Assembly: GCA_965285935.1 (NCBI GenBank) | Contig: OZ260667.1 | Coordinates: forward strand, 27,218,001-27,282,000 | Direction: 5' to 3' | DNA length: 64,000 nucleotides | DNA from: Ophelia neglecta | Taxonomy: Eukaryota | Shown: piece by piece, positions 1 through 14,700 of the stretch | Position numbering within the stretch: position 1 is the stretch's first letter | How the letters are laid out: every line of letters begins with the position of its first letter | Notes under the pieces: model-generated | What the model saw: only the letters and a program-made list of their open reading frames with translations | The model's database searches: none | What the model was told of the DNA's origin: nothing | Translations under genes and position numbers: made by a program

Positions 1-2045
1 ATGAAAGCTATGAAAAGAGCATACAAGTATCTAGAAGTAGACAAAACAATTCGAAGTCCACAAGCACTCAACAATAATAATCCACAGGCTTTACATAGGT
101 ATCTACATGACTGAACAAATACCTGCCTAAATTTAATATAAAACATGCTTATCTGAACACTTATTACAGGTGCAAAACTCCTATGTTATTTCCTTATCAA
201 GTCCTCCTGTGTAAAAAAAGGTGCACACATATGATAAATAGCATTCAGACTTTGAACTATTTCATCTATGCTGACATGTATTAACTTGTTGCATTGTTTT
301 TCGTTTGTACAACGGAAATTAAGTTTCTCATACATAGTCCAGACTCCCTATTCAATGTGAATATATAATTTTCTTATTTTGCAACAAGCTTCATATCCAT
401 TAATATTCTGTATATTGAAAGTACCAATTAATAATCAGAATAAGTCCAGAATAATCAACTTGCTTGATCAATTAGAAGCATTTTGAAGTAAAAAAGACAG
501 ATAGAACAGCTGTAAACTTGAAAAGTGTCTAACACTACAAATTTTGTTGCATGATATTTTCACAAGAATGCATGGACAAAAATAAAATTTGCGCTCCTTT
601 TATTTTCATGATTATTGAAAAAAACCTCAATAACCTAGGACTGCACGAAATGTTTGTGCCATTTTATTTGTATTTTTTTTTTACAAATTCCTGTTACCCA
701 GTATCTTGGAAAATGGAGAAAATAAGGCACCCTTGGAAAGTTCATGTTTTTCAGTTCCTATATTCAACAGTAGTTTTGTGCTGTTAAGCATTTGTATCAG
801 CAGAAGATATATAAAAAAAGTGAACAATTATAGTGTTAATCAATTGAAGAAATTATAAGTTATACAATAATAAATAAAAGTGTCGTGTGCTTGCACGCTA
901 AAATGGTGCTCTAATCTACAGTTTAAGATTCAAGCTCACCACAAACACATGATTGTTTTACTTCAATAAGTGTTAAGGTTTACATTCCTACCTAACTCAT
1001 AACTCTCCAGTAGGTCTTCGTTATCTGGCTGACCATAGCTGCCCTCTGAAAAAAACGATTCCCTGCTATAAAGTAGACTTGTAGATATGTATGTACAGAT
1101 ATGATCCTATTTATATAAGCTCATCACAATAACAAAGTGAAAGTACATTCACCAGTCTAGAGCTTCAGCTTCAAGAGGTGAACTGTACTAGTTTGTATTT
1201 ATAGTTGATGTCAACATTATAAGCATTGAGATATAAATTGTAAAGCACATTACTCAAACATTAAAATGGTTTGTATTATTACATAACCAAGCCACAAACT
1301 TACAAACACACATATTACAATGGTTTCACTTTCACCTAATTATGAAAGAAATAACTACCCTGGTAACTATTATTATTTCTGGCAGACATAACACAATGTT
1401 CAGCACTGCTGGGAATTTGTGAATCAATTGTGGAATGCAAAAATTCCTACCTACTTAACCCCTTATCTGTATTTTATAAACTTGCCGTCAACACTACCAT
1501 GTCTGTATGTGTATCTATACCCATGGACGATTACAAGAAAGGGATTTAGACTTACCACTGAATGTAGCTTTTGGAGCAACCTTAGGTTTGTTGGGATCAG
1601 GTGGTGGGTAAGCTTTCTGGACTGAGTAAACCAAGGGCTGCCTCTTCTGAAATATAGACATGACACAATGTCCTCAACAATCTCAAAGTACTTAATTATT
1701 GAGATAAGTTATTGGAGCCCCTGAAAAACCTGGAAATATTGGAAAGCCAGGCTCGAGTTTCTGGAGGATTTGTCCATTTAAAAACACCTGGGGGACTGAA
1801 GTCAATATATTCATAGTTTAAATAAAACTCTGGGAGTTTATGGTTCTCATCTATTTTTTTTTCTCTTCTATCGAATTGCTTGATTTGAGTTAAGAAAAGT
1901 GTCGGAAAGTGGAATTATGTAACATATTTTAAAAATTGTTTCCATATTTTTTGATTACTTCTTTCTTGCAGAAGCACCCCTTCTTAGAAATAAAATGGAC
2001 TAACCCTATAATTGTGCAATGAAAGTACCATGATTGGTTAATGTG

Positions 2046-2246
2046 TACTGTAAAACCCTCATATTTTGCGAGTCCCTTAGATGGCCAATTTCATGGGTAG
2101 GCCAGAACCATGGAATTAGAAAGCTTGCAAATATTAGTGAGTACCTATTTTTTTTATCAAAAAACACAAACACTACAGGGCAACGGAATGATTTGTGTGC
2201 CAAAACTGCTAACATAAAATCTGACAAGATTTAAGGATTTACAGTA
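2046..2246. mobile_element. MITE with TACTGTAAA...TTTACAGTA termini
   Basis: Terminal inverted repeats; related copies at 44496-44704 and ~57893-58084. Confidence 0.65.
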
Positions 2247-2557
2247 TTCAGGGGCAAATATTTACCTTTGGAGTAAAGCAAGAATATAAGCATGAGTTAC
2301 CTTTTCTGTGTAGTCACGATTGGGTGATCTTTGAGAACAAGTGGGAACAGACATAAAATTGTGATAAGTTACACAATGGAAAGAGTGTAAAATGATTTAC
2401 ATGAACTGTTTATCCAATATAAGGATAAAGGATAGCATAATAAATGGAAGTAAATAGCTTAAAAAAGTGTGGCGAGCAATCCTCATTGTAACAGCATATA
2501 TAGTAGTATACATTTTGAGGTACAATGTAGAATTGTGGCAGATCCAGAGTGGACTTA

Positions 2558-2735
2558 CAGTGGAGCCTGTGAAATAAGACCACCCGAAGGACTGGAAAAT
2601 AATGGTCTGATTATAGAGGTGGCCTGTTTACACAGGTTATTTTACATTTTAAGCCTACATTATGGCCTTCATAATAGAGGTCTGAATTGACAGGTGGTCT
2701 GAATATAGAGGTGGTCTTCATGGCAGGTTTCACTG
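2558..2735. mobile_element. Tc1/mariner-pogo-like MITE (CAGTG...CACTG, TA flanks)
   Basis: TA|CAGTGGAGCCTG...CAGGTTTCACTG|TA; internal AGGTGGTC repeats shared with other copies. Confidence 0.75.
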
Positions 2736-5700
2736 TATATCTAACTATAGAATTGTTGTTCAATCATAGATTGTGTATAGCATATAAAACATTAGAAACT
2801 CATTTCTTTCAAATTTCAAAATGAGAGATGGACAGAAATAATCAGAAAACATTCATATATTTGATCTAATTTAATGTCATAATATTTTATAATACATCTG
2901 ACATGAGTATTATGGCGAAAGCATATTAAAGTATGTAAAAGATGAGCTCTTAACTAAATGTACAAATAAAGAACTAATGAGTGATGAAATACAAAATATA
3001 GCACACTTTACTTGTCAATTTTAGTACCAAAATCTGACTTTCAATAAAAGTTTTGTTTTGCATATAATCAATAGGGGACCACCATCCACCTACACACCAG
3101 GCGCTTCCTGACCCAAGGCAGGGGGGGGGGGGGGGGGGCACCAACCCAGGGTCTACTAACCCACAGAGGGAACAAATCTGCTGGGAAACTGATCCAACAA
3201 TAAACATTTTACCCTGATTGCAGCCACTACAACCCAAGCTTGATTGGGCAGCTGCTATACAGTACATATGAATTATATCTAGCTGGCACACTGTTTGTCA
3301 ACTGGTTTATGGCTGATCATGAGCAGAGCAGCTGTTTAAAAACACTGCTCAGAACAAACCATTTTTTATCGGGACTCATGCCCTGCTCAAATTAACAGGT
3401 ATGTGTCTAAATCTTTTGCCAAGCCTGATACATTTTTCTTCACACAGTTCAGTACACTAAAGCAGGGTAGGATTAGGTGTTTGGGGTTTAGTAGGTACGT
3501 AATCTGATTTAGATAGTTATACATTTGGTAGTTATACAAACAAAGTAGTATGACAAACACATGAAGCAAGTCATTGGACACCCTGAGAAGTTCTCTAAGA
3601 ACACATTGTTATTTTGCTGCACTGGTCACATTATTTGTAAAGTCCACTACGATGCTTAACAATGTAGAGACTTTATAGTCCAGGTAAGGGCTTCTAGGCA
3701 ACAAGACGGTCAACATGCACTGGATCTGACAGTGTAAGCCACAAGAGGGCACCTCAATGTTTGGTTGTTCAGTGCGAGTAGATAAGAGCCACATATACAT
3801 ATAAATTCATATATACATATAAATATATATAAACATGCACTGGACTTCTTTTTAGTTTACACGAAAGTAAACTAACTGCCAAATTGAAAAAAACTGCTTT
3901 GCCAGAAGTTCAACTTCCCAATATGGAAAACATGATATTTTAAGTTCTTAGCTTAAAGCACAGTGATGATCTGTCATTAAAAGTATTGATATCCATATTT
4001 TGATATTCAATACAAAATCCGCAAAGGAACTCAATCAGTGAGATCGAGGTCTTGCAGACCTCAACAGATATGTTTAAACCAACAGACAGGTTTTACTAGG
4101 AGTACACTCTGGAGCTACCACTGAATATACCAGCAGTGGTGATAACCTGCATGGCCTCTTTTAGGCAATAACTCCATTTCTTAATTTACATAGTTATGCA
4201 AATAATAGTATATTAGGCTTTTATTTGATTGATTCAGGTATGCACATAAATTATTTAATGTGCACATATGGAAATTAAAACCCTGATATCATCAAAACTG
4301 CCATTTTTTCAATTCATATCTGATTTTCTCTATAATTATTTTGTAAAATATTCCCTTTGAAGCAAATGAAAAATGTACAAGTGTTTCCTCTCTAGTTATT
4401 CTAACGTTATAAGGATTATAGTAACTGTAGATTAATTAACCTGGATTTGTAGAAAAAATAACATCAAGAAGGATTTAAAATTAAATATCATACATATAGC
4501 TCGTAATTACTTATGCAAGAATAAAAAAAACAGCCTGAGGGGTTAGAATCTATGTATAGCCCTAGTTCACTTCCAGTCAGTTTTAAATAGAAGTGTAAGT
4601 TATACCTGAAATTATTTGTCTGGATTTCAAAGAATGAAAATCATCACAGTTGATCACTGATTATCACTTGTCATGTTTTTACTCATCTAAATACATGTAT
4701 GTGAACCTTTACAACCACCATGATGTGTCATATAATTTATGCATCTTTTTTGGAGACCAACAATTTGTTTTTATGAATTGAATTAATAACATATACCATA
4801 ATATGGTAGTTGGCATTGGGCCAGCTAAAAAGATCAGGAAAAGAAGCAAAAAACATTGCATATATCTTAATATGCTGGCTGTCCATTGGAAGATCACACT
4901 TGAAAGAATATATCACAGACATTCAATGAAAGTTGTCCAATGATGTGCAAGGGATGGTGATTATCATAACAAACATGTGGTTCATTTAAATATCATCTCA
5001 AATAGCACAATAAGCATAAATAAGAACACAGTATGGTATCATAAATATTCATTTTTTTGCCAGACTGAATGAATTTGTTCTCTTTAGAAAATCGGCATGA
5101 TCATGTCAACCTCTCTCCATGATTAGGCTTATAGGCATAACAAATTACAATGATATCTAGTACGCAAATGATATTTTGCTCAAATTTCTGAGCTGTACTT
5201 GTATTAATGTTGATTCAATGTTGATTTTAATTTTAATAAATTACAATCAATGTCAATAATGATTAAGAAGAGCATATAGCAAATTAATAAAATAATAATC
5301 ATCCACAAAGTACATATGATTCTGTACGCTCATGGGTAAGACATGGGCAATAAAAAGCTGTGGCACTACAGCAAAGATCTACACAACTGAGAGAAAACAT
5401 TCTTGTTATAAGTCCAGCTAGTATGTCTTTCAACCATATGCCCATCCTTTTACTTCCCCTTCTCCGCTGGCTAGAACAAATATATGCCTATTTTGGTTTA
5501 AAAAAATCCCCAAACAGTATTTTTCATATATAATACACTAGCATAATGGAGATTCTCTACATATATGCGTGTCAATTTTTGGTTATTGGTTCTTTGAATA
5601 TCTGACTGTGGTAAGTAGCTTTAAATATTGCTGTACATGTACTTGGATTCTGTACTATACCAGTCTTTAGACTAAGCAAGAATATCATTTCTCTGCTAAA

Positions 5701-5793
5701 AAATATGTGCAATGTAATATGTACATTCTATATATATATATACAGACAGTGGCTATCTTGAATATATTAAAATGGTGTTAAATGTTTCCTGAG

Positions 5794-8700
5794 TCATACA
5801 TAGGTTTGCCTGGGGGGAGCGCTTGGCTCAACTCTGGTTGACTTGGCAACATAATCATTATAGGTAGGGGGTGGCCCCGGGTCACCCTGGGCAAAGGCAG
5901 CTCTGCGGTCAGGGGCCAAGGCCCGGGCCACATACTGACTGTTGTCATCCGGCTGTCTATACATGGCTTGTTCTCGCCCACGAACATGTTTAGCTCGGCG
6001 AATTGTCAGCGATTTACGATCTAAATCTGACAGCAATTCCTTGTTCTGTAAAACAAACAAACACATTTATTGTGGCTTATAGGCAAGTGACATAAAAACA
6101 GCTAGGCAGAGATAACAAAAATACATAAACTTTTGTTTTTTTTCACTGTTAATTTTTCCAATTTGATTTTGAAAAAAAATTGACGAAGGGAAGGGGGAGC
6201 AACTTTCTTTTAATGCTATATGCCACGGACAGCTGGGCAGCTGATTATTTCTGACCCTAACAATATGTTAAAAGGCATTGAACAATCCAGGGCCTGTAGC
6301 CTACAACAGGACAGAACAAACCCATATTACCAGTAACACGTCCTCTGCTATAGACACAGGATACAAGTATGACATCCTGATCAGTTGCACAAATCAACTA
6401 ATTCAGGTGGGAAAGACTTAATGTATTTAACTAAGAAAATAAAGATACAGTGAAACCTGTTTAGTGGACCACCAAACCAACTGGGGACTATTGGCTGATT
6501 ATAAAGGTGGTCTGTTTAGACAGGTTATTTTTATATTGATAGCATTCAGTAAGGTCTTCCTACTGGTGATCTCAATTGGGCAGGTGGTCCTAATAGAGAG
6601 GTGGTCTTTAAGGCAGGTTTCACTCTATTTCACAAATTGAAAAGCCTGAAAAATTTGTCCTTGAAGTGGAAAAACATTTAATGATTTCTACAGTTGCAAT
6701 TTTCTATCTTTCTGGAAGAAAATGCAATCGAAGAAATAAAATAGAAAACAAAAATAACACATTTTGAAAAATTGTTTTTGGTTACTGACTTTAGTTTTTA
6801 CTGTGGCCAGAGGTTTTTTCTCCAACTGCTATAAAATATATGTAATTGCTCAGCAAGTAGTACATATGTCATAACTTAAGTGATTCCCTTTACTTTTAGG
6901 ATGGCAGTTTTAAATAATAAATTAAATACCAAATCACAGATAACTCGCCGAGAAATCTAAAAAGGTTATGGCTGGGCATTCCTCTAGTTCTTAGCTGCAC
7001 TTGACATACAAGCACACTTTAACTGCAGTGATATCAATAAAAGTTGAACACTCAAAGGGTTATTTAATAAATAAATGTGTTGTGGCAGAACATATGTTAT
7101 ACTTACATCACTTGCATGCCATTGGAGACGTTCTTCTTCCTCCTTTCTCCTCTTACGATCCTAGAATATTAAAACAAGCAGGTCATAGACTTTTACATGT
7201 ATTTTTCTGTGATGCTGTTTAATAGTCCATTAAGGTCCAGTCTTATCATTATGTAAGACTTTCCTTCCAATATTTCAGTGGGGAGGGGGGGATATGGGTT
7301 GTTTGTGGCATTTAAATTCCACTAAAGGGCCAAAGCAACTTAAAACATATCGCATTAGCCTAGAGACTCGTATCCATATTTGGGACTGGAGTCTTAATCT
7401 TCAATACTATCTAATATCACTTTTTCTTTACAACATCAATAAATGTGTTCAACTAAATACTTTTCAGCTGAATATATTGCGCACCTTAATTATGTAATTC
7501 AATCAAAGTCTTATAAGTGACTAATACTTACCAGGCAACTAATAATACAGCTGAGTGGTATCCACAGAACTATAGAGAACACTAATACAGTCCCAACTAT
7601 ATTGGCTCGCATAAACTCCACTGTTGTAAAAAAAAAAAAAACGTATTTAATATTGAAAACAAAGATGATCAGACTTTTTTTCCATAGCTCCATAGTATTG
7701 CCCCAAATAGTACATACTTCATTCTTTGCATATATTTTTAGCTTAACTTAATTTTTAATGTATTATGGGCATTAATGTTAGTGGCAGAGTTTGGTGATAT
7801 TAGGTAGTTACCAAAGTTGCTGGTAGTGATGGTTTCAATGATGTCCCAGATTCTCTCCACAAGATTCTCAACCTGTTTCCTACATGTACCCTGGAGACAG
7901 AAACACCACCTGAAGGCTTAACTAAATACACTTGTATATGATATGTAAACAGCTAGCTAAGTCTAGAGGCTTTAAACATAAATTCAAGGTGAAATTACCA
8001 TAATGGCTAAATAATATATTAAAATAATGTGTACTCATCTTAAGTCAAAATAAACTAATATTTGAAATACAAAAAAATTGTACTTTGGTAATGTCATATA
8101 ATTTCTGCTTTTAGGATGTTAATAGGTTTGGGGCCAGGCAGATAATTAGGTAGTTTCATAATACAAATAAAACTACAATGATGTGACACACATAAATGAA
8201 ATCCTGTTCTGTGCAAGGCCATTATCTCTTTCTCCCCAAAGGCAAATAAGTCAAGTATTTGTTCATTTTCAGGATATTTCCTTTATTTGACAAGGCCTCC
8301 CCCATACTGAGTCAATAACCCAAATAAAACTGAGTTTTGATAACATTTTGATAAACTGTAATTGTCTGTTAGATTAAATGTGCAAATTTTACAAACAATC
8401 TAATTGGTGGCAAAATAAAAAACAGTGGATTATCAGTAATTAAGCACATAGCACTGCTTTAATTGTACAAATGGTATCGCCATTAGGATCAGCCCACAGT
8501 GGATTATCAGTATTTAAGCACATAGCACTGCTTTAATTGTACAAATGGTATCGCCATTAGGATCAGCCCACACACCAATTGGCGGGAAGTTTATTGGCTG
8601 ATGTGGGTATTGGCAAATAATCAATCAGTGCACACAAACATAAATTTAATGCCTGGCAATAATCCCTAGTTTTACTGTAGTGCACAGGGGTAAGCACCGA

Positions 8701-11700
8701 TGCTTTTAGAGCCTAGCTCTCAGATACCTGAGAGGGGCTAGTGGTATTCCTGATCCACCTGGATTGTCCCCTTTTAACCTAGGCTGTGATTTAAAGTCTC
8801 AATTGTCTGGGACTCGCGATTGACATTTGTTATACTTCGGGATCAAAGGCTCTCATTTCCTGTTGGATGTGAATGTTCTGATTTATTTTTTGTGACTAGG
8901 GATTCACTATTTCTATTTGTCTGGATACAAAAAATAGTTTAATCTTTGTCACATGAACAATTCAGATTTTTAATATAAGTGATTCTGGATTTTCCCATTT
9001 TTTAAACCGTGAACAGGGAGTAAGTACCCCTCTATTAAAGCTCCCCTCTTACACAGTATGTCATGTGTATCAGGATCTATATATACTACAACTTTACATA
9101 TACACATGTCCTACATACATGTATAAATATGTCTGTGTTCAAAGGTTGTAAATCTGCATGTTACTTTATAGCAAGATAGGCATACCAGAGATCTGCCCCA
9201 TATCAGTGCATAGACTTGTACTGAATTACAAGTTATAATGAAAATCTCAATGAAGCTGGGATGGTATTTTTTCTTTCTGGAGTAAATTGGTTGGCAACAA
9301 TAAAATGAATTGCCATGTCTAAGCTATTTGCTGGATGTAGAAGTACAATGTTTACACATGTATTCCTAATCTGTGAAATGAACAACCTGAAAAATACTAC
9401 TGTTTGCAAAAACTTCAATTGAATCCCATGGGAACTTTGACCATTTCAATATTAAATAGACATTTATAAGCAATTCTATTTTAGGGTCATTGCTTGCACA
9501 TCATTCTCTAGATAAAAAGCTTATCTTTGGTTTTCTTACATCAAGGCAATCGCCAATGGCACAGGGCACTCCGTTGGGTAGGAAGAGGAAGGTTTCTCCT
9601 GGCAAGGTCATAACCTCCGCTGTACAGTTACTATTTGGATCCCAAGGGTCTCGGCAGCAACGGTGGCAAGAGTGCGCCACTGAAAACCACAGCAAAAATC
9701 ATAAAGTGTTAGAATCTTAATTGACCCCTTAGCTTTCTCAGATAAAAAGCTGTATAGAAATAGACAATATCTATCCCAATAACATTAATATTAAACATGC
9801 AGTGATAAAATTATCATATTCTTTATATTTAAACATATTTGGTATATAGCCACAATTGTTTTTAAAATTAAATGAATGCAGGGACAAGATGGCCTTACCC
9901 TCATCACAGATACATGAGACCAGGCCTCGGCTCTCACAAAATTGTACACATGTCCCATCCTGGCATTTACCACTGAAAGAAAGAGCACAGAATTGTGAAA
10001 AAGATACCCACATTTTCTAAAGGCAGCAAGCTTAGCATTTTTCAAACAGTAACATGATAAAATCCAGCCCATAGTTTATAACATGCATATTTGCACTACC
10101 CAACACCTTAAATGCTAATATAGTTTCAATACGTAGTATCAAAACACATTTTAGTTCTTTGCACTTCTGTTTAGTTTTTGGTAAAATCATACATACCCTC
10201 CAATACATTCAGTGTTATTATCCTTCACATCTGGTTTGGGACAAATCTCACTGAATCCACTAAACTCAGTCAAGGACTATCAAATTTCAAATTACAATTT
10301 GCCACAAATAAATGAACAATTTTTCATATGAATTTAAAATATGAAAGACTTGTTGGAAAATATTAGAGATCCTAGATTTAAACATCACCTCAATTCAAAC
10401 ATGATATTTTTCTTATGTATGCGTGGGGTGTTTATGTCCTAAAGGATACGTGCACTTGGCAGAACCCTCACAGGAGTAGTTCTGTGCAACATGACACTCT
10501 ATGTCACTCGAGGCATAATCACAGTTCTTGCAGCAGACGCTGTTAACATCACTATTAGGAGAAAAGGTTAAAAAAATAAAACATGATGAAAATACAACTT
10601 CTCTGAATTATGAATAAAGAAAAATCATAAGAGATAACATTATCAGAATTATTGACTAACTGGCATGTATATATGACTAAGCAGGTATTTTTAGCTAATT
10701 TAGGTTCCAATTTAAGGTGAATTGTAAAGGAATTATCTATGAGATAGTTGTTATCCAGTTGTGACAATTTGATATGATTTCCTGCATGCGAGGGTATTCT
10801 TTAATAATACATTCTGGGCAGTGCTGATCTCACCTGCATATTTTTCCGGGTCTCAGCATACAGTGCTGGTTACAGCAGGGGTCATTGTCCTTGCTGACCT
10901 CTGGACCTGGGTCACACTCCTCCTTGCCCTCCACGCGCATGTTACCACAGAAACCATCACTCGGAACTGGGGGGATAGAAGTTAACAAATACTATATACA
11001 CAACAATGTCAACCAGGACACAGCTGGACTCCTATATATTAATTTTATGTGTTATCAAATTGCTTAGAGATAAAAATAATATCTTAACCTTATGGTATTA
11101 GGCAATTTTCTCAGCAGCTTATATCTAAGTTGCCCACACCCATTGTTGAAAGAAAGCAGATTTTCTAATGCATAAATGTTAAACAGCTCAGCAAGACACG
11201 ATGTGTTTATATGAAAATTTGGTCAATTACACAGGTGATTAGGACACAAAGCCTGGAATACTGATGTGACACTGTTTAAAAAAGCATTGCCATCATAACC
11301 ATCAAATTGTAGCATCAATTGGCATAACACTCTGTAGTGCTGAATTTACACATTTCTAGTTGAGTTGTCCCTCTGTGATGTATTGCCTACAGACTATATC
11401 TCTAACCTACTGGAATGAGATAAAGACTAGTCACCTCTGAAGCAGACGTCGTGCTTCGCCTCAAGTACAGCACTGATTCCTCGTTTGCTGCATGGTGAGA
11501 ATACCTAGAATACAGAAAACCACAAAATCTCCTGTTTACAACAATTGTATGGGTCTGACGATGTCACAGCAGGGGGTATGGAAATTGCATATCAAAGGTT
11601 ATGATTATGTCATAACAGGGGCCACAGTGATAAAAATTAAATGGTATATTAGAAAAGTGCAATGTCAAATGCTACCTGACCAAACACTTATTTTTTAAGA

Positions 11701-14700
11701 GCAATACCTTTCTTCACATGTGCAGAATAGGTATACAACACAAAAATTAGTCTCCAAGAAGTATTGTGGGACATTGGGAATTCTAAGACCCTTGAGTGTA
11801 TATCAGGGTGTAGATCTATTACATCTGCTTTACTGATTGAACATTTACTTATTTCCTGTATTAAATTAATATTAAACTTGAATACATGTTCACGTCTTGA
11901 TCGTGACCTGATTTATTAAGTTAATTCAAAACATGTTATTTCAAAATCCATGTCCACTGCTGACCTTATTATTTTGGTCATAGCCTGACACACTATAGGT
12001 GTACATGATGAACTTTCCTCCATGAAACGACGAAGGACTGCACTCATTTGTGTCAGGGTCATGTTCACTGCCCCAGTTGTGGCCTACAAATGTCATAAAA
12101 TGCATTCATTGTAAATTTTCTACTAGGATTATCTACCTATTGGTTCTTAGGTGATAGTTATTTAATATTTGGGTTCACTGATGTGCCAATTTTGATTTTG
12201 CAGTTTTCAATACAATCATTTTCATAAATATATTTGCAGAAAGTTGAAAAATGATCTTCAATTTTATTTTTTATTTTACTAACAGATGGTGGAGTTTTCC
12301 TCAAAAGGTCTGTGAACCTATACATCAAATACCTATCGCCTTAAATACAAGTGTCAAATTATTTATGGAAAAATGGTTTGATGATAACAGTATTTAAAGT
12401 GAGCCAGTAAAACTGTTGAAAACTATCTGGATCTCCATTGCAATAGCGATGCCTAAGACTGTTATTTTTGTGGGAAAAAAGCTAGAGAACTACAATGCCA
12501 TTGTAAAGCATTTGGGAATCTGTACTCCAGTGAGCTGTTGCAATTTATACAGGTAAATTATAATTTCATAGATGAGTAATGGGCTAGAGTGAGAAGAAAA
12601 TTGTCAGGACAATAAGACCTTTTACTTTTATTAGTAATTTAATAAATGAAGTCTATGACATCATCATGTCTACAACTTTATCTTATTCATGTCTATGACT
12701 TAATCATGTCTATGATTTAATCATATCTATCATGTTTAAGACTTGATCATGTCTATGGAATTAATCATATATCAATCGCTTTATCATGTCTATGAATCTA
12801 TTGATTATGTCTACAACTTGGATATAATTGATTATATCTCACCAAATTCATGTGTAGTGACAAGGTCTGCCTCAGAGGTGAGCAGTCTACGATTGTAGCG
12901 ATTCAGGGAGCTGCTCCAGCCAGTGTTCAAATACAACTCCTTGCCGCTTTTATAGTAAACTGAAATGTCGAGAAGGTATAGCTACTGATATAAAGGTGCA
13001 TGAACTCTTAACGGCTTACAATATAAAAAATAAATACAAATGCTACCATGAGCTTTCTACACTATTTTAGCACCACATTAGGAGTTAAATATAAGCAATA
13101 AACTTGACTTTACTGCTAGCAAACTGGAAAATTGTAGATCATATATATTCCTGACTTAAAATATAAACTTGGCATGAAGTGTAATACTAATAAGTGAAGC
13201 CTACAAATCTAAATACAAGTGCTTGGTAGGATGTACAGGTTTATGGCTTTTAGCACATTGTATATCCAGCATCTAACAAAGCAGAAAACTGAAGGTTAAA
13301 TCAAATTATGTTAAGAAATTATCAATAATGTTACCAAATCATTTTCTATGATAATTCCAAAGCATCTATTTATCTTTGCTACATGTTCCTTTCTCCACTC
13401 AAATTACTGGTGGAGGTATATTACTTAATGGACACCCGAAATTATAGATAATTAAAATGTAGAAAGGATATGATATGAGATGATGTCATGATTTGAGTGT
13501 TTTAGATGAAATGTGTTGACAATGAATTGACAAACCACATAAAAAACACAGAAGCATGAAGGTTCAAGCCAAGAAGCAGATCGTTTGATATCAGGATTTT
13601 AAGTTTATCTACTTCAAAAGTTCAACTTATGTAAAGTGGAATCATAATCAGCCATTTCATGACGAAACATTATAAGCATCAAATTATTAAAATATGATTC
13701 AAACGCATTTCTACATAATGTTTGCAAAAAAAATGAAACAGGTGTCACTATACAAAACAGTGGTCTCATTTTCTGGATAACAAATAGGTCTGCTACAGAA
13801 TCAATGAATGAAGGCAATGAACTGTGGACTGACTTGAAGCTTTCTACTTAGTAAGAAACAGCCAATTAGTGTGACAAGCCATAGAGGAAGTGTGTATAAA
13901 TTAGTAGCTTGTGAATTAACATACGGAACAAGGTTAAATACATGTGGCTAGAAGTGGTCCATTACAATCAGTGAACTGAATGTCATGGGCATCAGAAATA
14001 ACATCCAAGGCTCATTCTACAACAAAGATGGCCTAATGTGCTGCCATAGCTAGAACACAGATCTGTGCCCACCATGTTAATAAGAGAAGCAAACCTTAGC
14101 CAAAGCGATTACAAAGCAGTACATACCAATCCTGGAGCTCTGTTCTCCAAAGGGCTCTAGTTTTGACAATATTCTGATGCAACATGCTTTTTTTTCTTGA
14201 AATGACTGGATGCTTCAGACACTAAAATCTATGTAGGCTTCATTCAGGGGAAAAACCAATAGATTCTCTAACATGTGCTGAGCAGACTCTTACCCCTCTC
14301 TTGAGCTCCCTTTATAGAGTGCTGACACACATTTCATTCCACAGACATGGCTACTAATCTTAGATCGGTGGGTTGGAAATTTTACTAGCAGCAAATTGTC
14401 AGTAGAGCTATGCGAATCAGACGTTTGTTTAAGACAGGAAAAGGTTAGACTGGAACATTAAAGCATTAATTTGTGAAATCAATTTACATATATGGTCTAA
14501 TGGGTTAGAGGCCTAACTGTGTGCATTAATATTGATTATTATAATTTAATTTATCTTGAAGATGTGCAAACAATTTATATTTTGTAATGTTGTAGAGTGT
14601 TCTCAAGAAAGTTTTTTACCCTGTGACAGCTACACAGTATGCCTTGACTCCAGCCAATTAAACTGCTCAGGCACTAAGTCTGTTGGTCTAAAAAACCTTA

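Noticed and set aside
1-5793. Short ORFs downstream of the ADAM17 stop
   Set aside because: No recognisable domains or consistent exon chain. Likely 3' UTR or intergenic DNA with MITEs; the poly(A) site cannot be fixed from sequence.
5778-5987. Overlapping 69-aa ORF in the last ADAM17 exon
   Set aside because: Alternative frame of a GC-rich exon; exon phase selects the frame ending at 5794.
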